From Candidatus Gottesmanbacteria bacterium (GTDB lineage: Bacteria; Patescibacteriota; Microgenomatia; UBA10105; UBA927), in assembly GCA_023245335.1 (NCBI GenBank), contig JAHFKK010000001.1, forward strand, positions 795,505-859,504: a stretch of 64,000 nt of DNA, written 5' to 3'. The notes below the pieces were generated by a model. The model had not been told where the DNA came from. It searched no databases and saw only the letters and a list, made by a program, of their open reading frames with translations. Position numbers and translations under genes: made by a program. This document shows, piece by piece, positions 56,994-64,000 of this stretch (position 1 is the stretch's first letter; the number at the start of each line of letters is the position of its first letter).

Positions 56994-59900
56994 ATGAAAA
57001 CCCTGAAACGGGCGCATAAAGTTGTATCAATCCTCTCGAGCATCGTCATGCTCGTACAGCCGCTTATTCCGGCTTTCCAAACGTTCACTCCGAAGGTATT
57101 TGCAGAGGCCACGACTGACCAATCCACGCCATCTCAGGAACAGACAACCGAAACCAACACGGTCATTTCTCCTCCATCAGACTCCCCTCAATCTTCACCG
57201 ACAAACACTACATCAACTACAGCCGAATCACCAACTGTAGCACCCATACCAACCGCTACAACGAGTCCGAATTCGACTCCCGACGGAGTCACACAGACTC
57301 CTACAGCCACAGTTCAACCCTCCGAAACCGGGCCTCCGTCAGATGTAAATGGAGACATCGGACCCGACGGCGCCTCTACGACGACTACCGCTAACCAAAT
57401 CGATTTGACCGAATCAACAACCTCAGCCTCTTCCGCCAAACAAGTAATCCCAGTTGAACAAGTATGCGTAACAAACGACCAGCAATTCTCCGACACCACA
57501 AATGATAGTTGGAATATTGACCTCGAAAAAGGAGCCGCGGAAACCAAGGGCAGCGTACAACTCGGCGTGAAGTACCAGTTCCCGCAGGAAAACAAGGTAA
57601 CCGTCACCTTTAACTGTCTGCCGAAGGACGAAAGTCTTCGGACTTCACTTAAAATCCAAAAAGTAAAGTTGAGTGATCTGAAGGTTCCTGATGACGTTAA
57701 ACCCTCTGGTGAGTTTGCTTATGACATAACTACTGGCATGAAGGACGGAGATTTCAAATACGACGTCACACTACCCAAGCCAGATAATCAGGCTGTCGAG
57801 GTGGCATACATGGAGGACCCAAACGCATCGGTACAAACGGTTTCAAGTGACAGAACAAGCCAAGAAGGAGATAAGGTTAAAGGTGCCGACTTGAATCACT
57901 TTACCATATTTTTCGTCAGCACCACCATGTCGGTATATGCCAGCTTTACCGGCGCTAGCCAAGTGACTGTGTACCCTTCCGCTCCGATAACTGCTAATCT
58001 TCAGGTAACCACTTCTTCTGTGGGAAACAATACTGCTGACGATTGGAGCTCCTCTCAATACCTTATCGAGGGTGGATCATGGTCAACCTGTGATAGCTCC
58101 CCTAGTTTTACAACCGATGGAACATATTCTGGCACTTTGAATATAACGGCTCCATCTATAACTGGTACGTACGACCTAAGCCTTAGAGTCTTTAACAGTA
58201 ATAACTGTACCGGTGGAGCGGGCACATTCGCAGAAACGACACTTCCCGACGCCATCACAGTCACGGCAAACACCTCTATACCGTTTACTGAGGAGTTCGG
58301 TTTATCCAACGCATCAACAGTAGCGAATTGGTACGAAAATGACCCGGCAGAAATTTTTAGCGGTACCGGAAATGACGCGCCCACAAACGGTGAGTTTGCC
58401 CGACTTGGCGAGGGTGGATGGATTTGCCGTCCGTTTAATGCGACAGGAATCGCCAACCTAACCCTAAGCTACGACTGGAAGGGAAACGGGAATAATGGAA
58501 ATGACCATGGCATAGTAGAATATAAATCCGGGGGAAACTGTGGAGATTCAAACGGATGGACCAATGTAGATACAAACGAATTATCGGATACCACCTGGGG
58601 CACACAAACTCATACATTTGCGGGTAACAGCATCGTCCTCCTCCGGTTTAAAACAAGCGGAGCTGAAACGGGAGAGTACTTCCGGGTAGACAACATTACA
58701 CTGACGGAATTTACCCAACCAGATCTTACCGTCCAAAAATCCCATACGCCGACCGGTAATGCAATGAAAACCCAGGCGTTTACCTGGAAAATCCATGTAG
58801 CAAACGGTGGTACGGGGGCTGCAGCTTTTACCACAGGCCAAAATGTTTTAATTGATAATTTGCCTTCCAGCGGCGCGACCTATGGAGCGCCATCAGTTTC
58901 TAACCAAACCGGCATAACAGGAACGATCGGCTGTGCCATTGCGTCAAACAACCTCACCTGTAGCGCTTCCGGCGCAGTCAGTATCGCAGCGGGGGGGTCA
59001 TTTGATGTCACTTGGAGCACTACACCTACCGCAACCGGCTCTCTCATAAATCCTCGGAGTGGTTCTGGGAATAAATGCGCGGTAGATCCGGATTCTCACA
59101 TCACGGAGTCCGACGAAAACCACAATAGCTGTTCTGAAACTGTCACGGTCGACGCCTATAATGCTCAGAATCCGGCACTCGGCCAGGCCTGCGGACTCGA
59201 CGTAAGCTTAGTTATAGATAATTCAAACAGTATTAGCGGCACTGAATTGGGACAGATACAAACGGCGCTCACTCATTTTGTCAACACATTAGCAGGGACG
59301 CCTACACAATTTTCGGTTACTAAATTTGGTACGAACGCATCGGTCCCCCAAGGTTTCACCAGCGACACCACTGCCGTAAATAACGCCATCAACGGAGTTA
59401 CGACTGGAGGAGGGGGTACTGATTGGCAGAAGGCATTTATAGCCGCACGGGGAACTTTTGACCCGAGACCAGACAAGCCCAACCTCATGATTTTTGCGAC
59501 CGACGGTAACCCTACCTTTCCAAACTGCGGAGGGGCATCCTCCTGCCAAGCTGACGTTGACGCGGCTGTAACAGAGGCAAACACCACAAAAGAGTATCCG
59601 ATCAGGGTATTAGCTTTAGGCGTAGGTGCCGACGTAAATGTCGCGAATCTAAAAGCAATATCCGGACCAACCCAAGGATCCAGCATGACTTCGGATGTTG
59701 TACTTGTATCCGATTTCGCATCTCTTGACAGTCAGTTCGCAGCGTTTGCCAGCGAATCCTGCGGCGGTCACATCAGTTTCAACAAATACGTAGACGGCGT
59801 ACAAAAGAGTGATGGTAAAACATGGACATTCAATGTTGACGGGACGACAACCCTGACAACCGACACAAACGGACAGGCCGTGACGGGCACGTTGAGTGTC

Positions 59901-62900
59901 GCGAACCACAGCGTGACGGAGCCACAAACCAGTATTCCAAGCGGCTACTCATACGATCACGCTTCCTGTACGAAAGACGGCAGCCCGATAGGAACGGTCG
60001 ATAATACGAATCATGCCGTAAACAATATACCGATAACATCGTCAGGAGTTTTCGTCTGTAATTTTTACAATACCAAAAATCCGGTCAAAGGAACGCTCAC
60101 AGTCAAAAAGGTGGTCGTGAATGACAACCTCGGAATCGAAAATGCGAACGACTTCACGTTCTCCGTGAATGGCGGCGCGCCTATCACGTTTACCCAAAGC
60201 ACCGACAGCTTGCATGCCGAAAATGTTTTGAGTCTTGATGCCGGTACGTACACCGCTACGGAGGCGGCCTTCCCCGGTTATGCCACCACCTATGACAACT
60301 GTTCCGGTATTGTCCTCGCGGCCGGGGGTAGTGCGACGTGCACCATAACCAATAACGACATCTCTCCTGCGCCCGGAACAATTATTGTGAAAAAAGTGCT
60401 GGTCGGGCCAACGTCATGGGCGACCGGCTTCGACTTCAGCGGCGCAATCACAGGGAAAATTACCACTAATAACGGAACGCTATCTTCAACAAGCGTCGCC
60501 GTCGGTGCCCACACGGTGACGGAAGGCTCGACGGATGGCTGGGATCTTACTGGTATCGCATGCGACGATGGAGCGAGTACCCAACCGAGTTCGGGTAATG
60601 TGAGTACAAAAACGGCAACGTTTAACGTCGATCCGGGAGAAACGGTGACCTGCACATACACCAATGCGAAACGGCCGAAGATCAAAATCACCAAAACCGT
60701 GGTAGGAGGGACTGCTGCGCCGTCGGATTTCCAAATATCGCTCCTCAATCCCTCGGGGCAGAACGTACAATCCAGCCCGATCTTCGGCTCGACTGCCGGA
60801 ACATCATTTGAATTAGGCCTTCCACAATATACTTTCCCCGGAGTATTTACCGTTCGGGAGGCTTCGACGTCCGGCTACACCACGACGTTTAGCGGCGCCT
60901 GCACACAAACGAACGCGACCGATGCAACGGTGACCCTGAACTATGGAGACAACGGCACATGCACAGTCACGAATACGAGACAGGCCGGCACTATCAAAAT
61001 TATAAAAGACGTGGTTCCGGACGATGACCATCAAAGCGTATGGAATTTCGCGATTACCGGTCCCACGAACAACAATGTCGACGGATTACACGATGATGGC
61101 CAATCGAGCGCAATAGTATCAAACGCAGGAGATTATACGATTCGAGAAATAGCTCAGGCAGGTTCAGACCTGGACAATTATCGTGTCTCATACGCCTGTA
61201 CCGGATCCTCAACGCCCATAAGCGGCAACGGCAGCTCAGCGGGCTTTACGCTTTCGGCCAACCAAAACATCGTCTGCACGTTTACGAATGCAAAACTGCC
61301 CACCCTCAAACTCACAAAGACGGTGGAGAATAAAGGAGTGGGCACGGCGACACCCGCGAATTGGACGCTGGGGGCGTATGCAATCGGTGATCCCATATCG
61401 TTTACCGGAATTGGCCCGACCGTAGGTCCCTATCGGGTAAATCCCGGAGTTGAATACATTGTTTCCGAGGCCCCGGGAGGACCGTCCGGATACAGTCCAT
61501 CCGCTTGGACATGCTCGGGTGGAACCACCAGGATATCAGGCGGAAATATTCTCGTCACACTCGCGATGGGTCAAGACGTTACCTGCGGCATCACCAACAC
61601 CCGCGATACCGGTTCAATCCTCGTTCATAAAGTGGTGGATGCCAATGGCGACAGCACGTTTGAGACAGCCGACGCCGTCGCCAATACCCTGGGATTCCAA
61701 TGGGGACTTGATGGCGTGACTCCCGCCCGCGATATGGGCTCGACAGCCAGCGGGGTCACAACCGGTACCCATAATGTATCGGAAAATTCGGTAACGAATT
61801 ATCATCTGGTCGGCTGGTACAGAAACGGTGGGGAAGGCAGTTGTTCCAATCCGGACAGCCGCCAACTTCCGGCATCCGTTGATGCCTTCAAGGACACCAC
61901 AACCACGATAACGCTTTGCAACGCCGTGAACACGGGAAGCATTATCGTCCACAAAGATGTCCAAGGCCCCGACGGTGAAGACATCACGGACACAGCACAC
62001 ACATTTACAATGCAGGTTGACGACTCCAATAGTCAGGATCTCACGGATGGGGGCAGCGTCACGTATACCAACCTGCCGGCCGGCAATCACACGATCACAG
62101 AATCAGTTGTTGACTCACACTATGATCTTTATGGCATAAGCACATCCGTAGGCGGATCTGGAAATACGGGCGGGCTTTCGGTGAATGTCGCTACCAACCA
62201 ACAAACAAACGTCTACGTCACCAACAGACAGCACTATGGTTCGATCACCGTCCATAAAGAAGTCGATGCCTCGGGAAGCGGCACATTTGTCTCAGCAGAT
62301 CCGGGAGATTTCACTTGGACCGTAGACGGCGCGGGAACCAACGCCATGGGCTCCACCCTCACAACCGTGACACCCGGAACCCGGCTTATCTCAGAAAATA
62401 ATGTAGACAATTATCATTTCGTCGGATGGTATCCGACCGGAGACGAGAGACTGAGCTGCACAAACATACCGGAAGCGACGCAGTATGCCGAGCTGCCGAT
62501 TCATGTGAGTGTAGGTCCGGACGGCACCTCTGACTTCACGATCTGTAACACGAGGGACACAGGAAACGTAACGGTCACCAAATTTGATGATACAAACGGC
62601 AACGGCACCAAGGATGAAGGCGAACCGGTATTGAGCGACTGGACCATCAACTTGTCAGGATCGGACTCACAAACGACGGACGAAAACGGACAGGTGCTGT
62701 TTAACCCAGTCCTCACGGGTACGCACATATTGAGCGAAGACCTCAAACAAGGCTGGAAGCAAACAGGTATCTATTGCACAAACGAACAAACCATTGAAAC
62801 GGGTCCAATAGAAAATACCCTAACCCAGTTCATTTCTTCAAAAGTATATGCACAAGAGGACGCGGGACACCAGGTACACGTAGGGGCAGGTGAAAACGTC

Positions 62901-63563
62901 AGTTGTTTCATCGGCAATCTTCAACAGGACCCGATCCTGACGATTACCAAAAGTAACAACGCCACAGGGGATCTGTCACCGGGCGGCACTGTGACGTTTA
63001 CGATCACCGTGACCGCAACGCAAAGTGCGGCCTACAACGTGCAGGTCATAGACCTTCCGTCCAAAGGATTCAACTATCACGTCGGTTCACAAACTGCAGT
63101 ATCGACTGTCGCAGGGCATGATTTGAGCGGCGCATTGACGCATGCGTACGCGTCACCCGGTATTTGGAACCTTGGAACTATGAGCGCCGGCGAGACCGTC
63201 ACGCTCACATACCAAACCGATATAGACTCCGGGCTAAACCCCGGTCTCTATAAAGATTTGGCCCTGGCCTACGGGTGCAAATCAGATGCGTCGTGTGCTA
63301 CCGGAGATTCTATGAGCGTCTTTGCGACAGCCATAAATCCAGGATTTGTAAGCACCAATCATGTCGGCACTCAGATAAGTATCGTAAAAGACCAGCAAAA
63401 CGGTGCAACGTTGAACCCGACGACCGGTGAGGTATTGGGAGCTTCCACAGAACTGCCGGCAACGGGTGCAAGTGAGATTTGGCTGGCCATTGCAGGTTTG
63501 TTGTTCGTAGCCGGTCTCGGATTCATGGCTGCAGGGCATTTCACACGGAGGAACTATGTTTAA
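56994..63563 (+). CDS. giant surface adhesin (DUF11-like, vWA, tandem pilin/prealbumin-like Ig repeats, LPxTG-type anchor)
   Basis: Signal peptide, S/T/P linker, MIDAS DNSNS...TDG, repeats ending CT.TN, LPATG + TM + RR tail. Confidence 0.88.
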   Translation: MKTLKRAHKVVSILSSIVMLVQPLIPAFQTFTPKVFAEATTDQSTPSQEQTTETNTVISPPSDSPQSSPTNTTSTTAESPTVAPIPTATTSPNSTPDGVTQTPTATVQPSETGPPSDVNGDIGPDGASTTTTANQIDLTESTTSASSAKQVIPVEQVCVTNDQQFSDTTNDSWNIDLEKGAAETKGSVQLGVKYQFPQENKVTVTFNCLPKDESLRTSLKIQKVKLSDLKVPDDVKPSGEFAYDITTGMKDGDFKYDVTLPKPDNQAVEVAYMEDPNASVQTVSSDRTSQEGDKVKGADLNHFTIFFVSTTMSVYASFTGASQVTVYPSAPITANLQVTTSSVGNNTADDWSSSQYLIEGGSWSTCDSSPSFTTDGTYSGTLNITAPSITGTYDLSLRVFNSNNCTGGAGTFAETTLPDAITVTANTSIPFTEEFGLSNASTVANWYENDPAEIFSGTGNDAPTNGEFARLGEGGWICRPFNATGIANLTLSYDWKGNGNNGNDHGIVEYKSGGNCGDSNGWTNVDTNELSDTTWGTQTHTFAGNSIVLLRFKTSGAETGEYFRVDNITLTEFTQPDLTVQKSHTPTGNAMKTQAFTWKIHVANGGTGAAAFTTGQNVLIDNLPSSGATYGAPSVSNQTGITGTIGCAIASNNLTCSASGAVSIAAGGSFDVTWSTTPTATGSLINPRSGSGNKCAVDPDSHITESDENHNSCSETVTVDAYNAQNPALGQACGLDVSLVIDNSNSISGTELGQIQTALTHFVNTLAGTPTQFSVTKFGTNASVPQGFTSDTTAVNNAINGVTTGGGGTDWQKAFIAARGTFDPRPDKPNLMIFATDGNPTFPNCGGASSCQADVDAAVTEANTTKEYPIRVLALGVGADVNVANLKAISGPTQGSSMTSDVVLVSDFASLDSQFAAFASESCGGHISFNKYVDGVQKSDGKTWTFNVDGTTTLTTDTNGQAVTGTLSVANHSVTEPQTSIPSGYSYDHASCTKDGSPIGTVDNTNHAVNNIPITSSGVFVCNFYNTKNPVKGTLTVKKVVVNDNLGIENANDFTFSVNGGAPITFTQSTDSLHAENVLSLDAGTYTATEAAFPGYATTYDNCSGIVLAAGGSATCTITNNDISPAPGTIIVKKVLVGPTSWATGFDFSGAITGKITTNNGTLSSTSVAVGAHTVTEGSTDGWDLTGIACDDGASTQPSSGNVSTKTATFNVDPGETVTCTYTNAKRPKIKITKTVVGGTAAPSDFQISLLNPSGQNVQSSPIFGSTAGTSFELGLPQYTFPGVFTVREASTSGYTTTFSGACTQTNATDATVTLNYGDNGTCTVTNTRQAGTIKIIKDVVPDDDHQSVWNFAITGPTNNNVDGLHDDGQSSAIVSNAGDYTIREIAQAGSDLDNYRVSYACTGSSTPISGNGSSAGFTLSANQNIVCTFTNAKLPTLKLTKTVENKGVGTATPANWTLGAYAIGDPISFTGIGPTVGPYRVNPGVEYIVSEAPGGPSGYSPSAWTCSGGTTRISGGNILVTLAMGQDVTCGITNTRDTGSILVHKVVDANGDSTFETADAVANTLGFQWGLDGVTPARDMGSTASGVTTGTHNVSENSVTNYHLVGWYRNGGEGSCSNPDSRQLPASVDAFKDTTTTITLCNAVNTGSIIVHKDVQGPDGEDITDTAHTFTMQVDDSNSQDLTDGGSVTYTNLPAGNHTITESVVDSHYDLYGISTSVGGSGNTGGLSVNVATNQQTNVYVTNRQHYGSITVHKEVDASGSGTFVSADPGDFTWTVDGAGTNAMGSTLTTVTPGTRLISENNVDNYHFVGWYPTGDERLSCTNIPEATQYAELPIHVSVGPDGTSDFTICNTRDTGNVTVTKFDDTNGNGTKDEGEPVLSDWTINLSGSDSQTTDENGQVLFNPVLTGTHILSEDLKQGWKQTGIYCTNEQTIETGPIENTLTQFISSKVYAQEDAGHQVHVGAGENVSCFIGNLQQDPILTITKSNNATGDLSPGGTVTFTITVTATQSAAYNVQVIDLPSKGFNYHVGSQTAVSTVAGHDLSGALTHAYASPGIWNLGTMSAGETVTLTYQTDIDSGLNPGLYKDLALAYGCKSDASCATGDSMSVFATAINPGFVSTNHVGTQISIVKDQQNGATLNPTTGEVLGASTELPATGASEIWLAIAGLLFVAGLGFMAAGHFTRRNYV

Positions 63564-64000
63564 CAAAATAAGGAAATTGACGATCATAACGCTCGGTGCA
63601 TTGCTCGCAGGTAGCATGCTCGCCGCGCACGTGTATGCTGCGAATCTCAGCGTACGTGTCGAACAACCCAAAAGCCCAACCAACCAGACGAGTTTTGATA
63701 TCAACTTTGTAGTCCTGGACATTCTTGGACGTACTGTCACCGTCAAATGCTTCAAACAAGGGCCGTCTGACGGAAGTTATGTCCAGTTTGGAAGTGATCA
63801 GTCCTTCGCAAACGGCGGCAATAGCGGCAGCTGCAACACAGGAAGCGGTGTCTTTAGCCCGGAGGGCAACTATAGCTTTCGGATCGATGCATCAGCGGGC
63901 GGAGACGGTGCATCCGATACGACCAGCGTCACGTATGATAACAGCGGCCCAGGAGATGTGCGCGATTACAATAAAAATCACTCTGGGAGCTGCCAATATA
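63556..64000 (+). CDS. secreted protein, truncated by the window end
   Basis: GGAGG RBS, MFNKIRKLTIITLGALLAGSMLAAHVYA signal peptide, open frame to the end. Confidence 0.8.
   Translation, partial: MFNKIRKLTIITLGALLAGSMLAAHVYAANLSVRVEQPKSPTNQTSFDINFVVLDILGRTVTVKCFKQGPSDGSYVQFGSDQSFANGGNSGSCNTGSGVFSPEGNYSFRIDASAGGDGASDTTSVTYDNSGPGDVRDYNKNHSGSCQY

Noticed and set aside
1-64000. Alternative genetic code (TGA=Gly) or a prophage
   Set aside because: Conserved genes are full length in code 11 and several end in TGA. The holin-family gene lies in the usual uvr-yvlD-yvcK-secG context with no phage genes nearby.

Overview
About 64 kb of bacterial chromosome (code 11, TGA used as stop) with a Patescibacteria/CPR character, most like Microgenomates (inferred from DUF5660, a trigger factor lacking the FKBP domain, archaeal-type sugar enzymes and very short intergenic spaces). 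It holds an SOS/repair set (dinB, rarA, lexA divergent from uvrB, uvrA, uvrC), metK behind a SAM riboswitch, a gluconeogenesis/fermentation cluster (PMM/PGM, PGI/PMI, ppsA, eno, gpmI, FBP aldolase/phosphatase, ADP-forming acetyl-CoA synthetase), 16 tRNA genes, envelope genes and a 2189-aa LPxTG adhesin. No rRNA, CRISPR array, integrase or transposase was seen. The most unusual signals are non-coding and tRNA-linked: (1) a ~83-nt two-hairpin element with compensatory changes, present three times, each 7-8 nt upstream of an unrelated tRNA; (2) a small GIY-YIG nuclease inside a tRNA cluster, bracketed by four related palindromes; (3) AT-rich single genes directly after tRNA 3' ends, plus a duplicated tRNA-Glu 3' end; (4) a ~245-nt multi-branched leader RNA before a secreted muramidase-like gene. 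All calls come from reading the sequence by eye; no searches were run.
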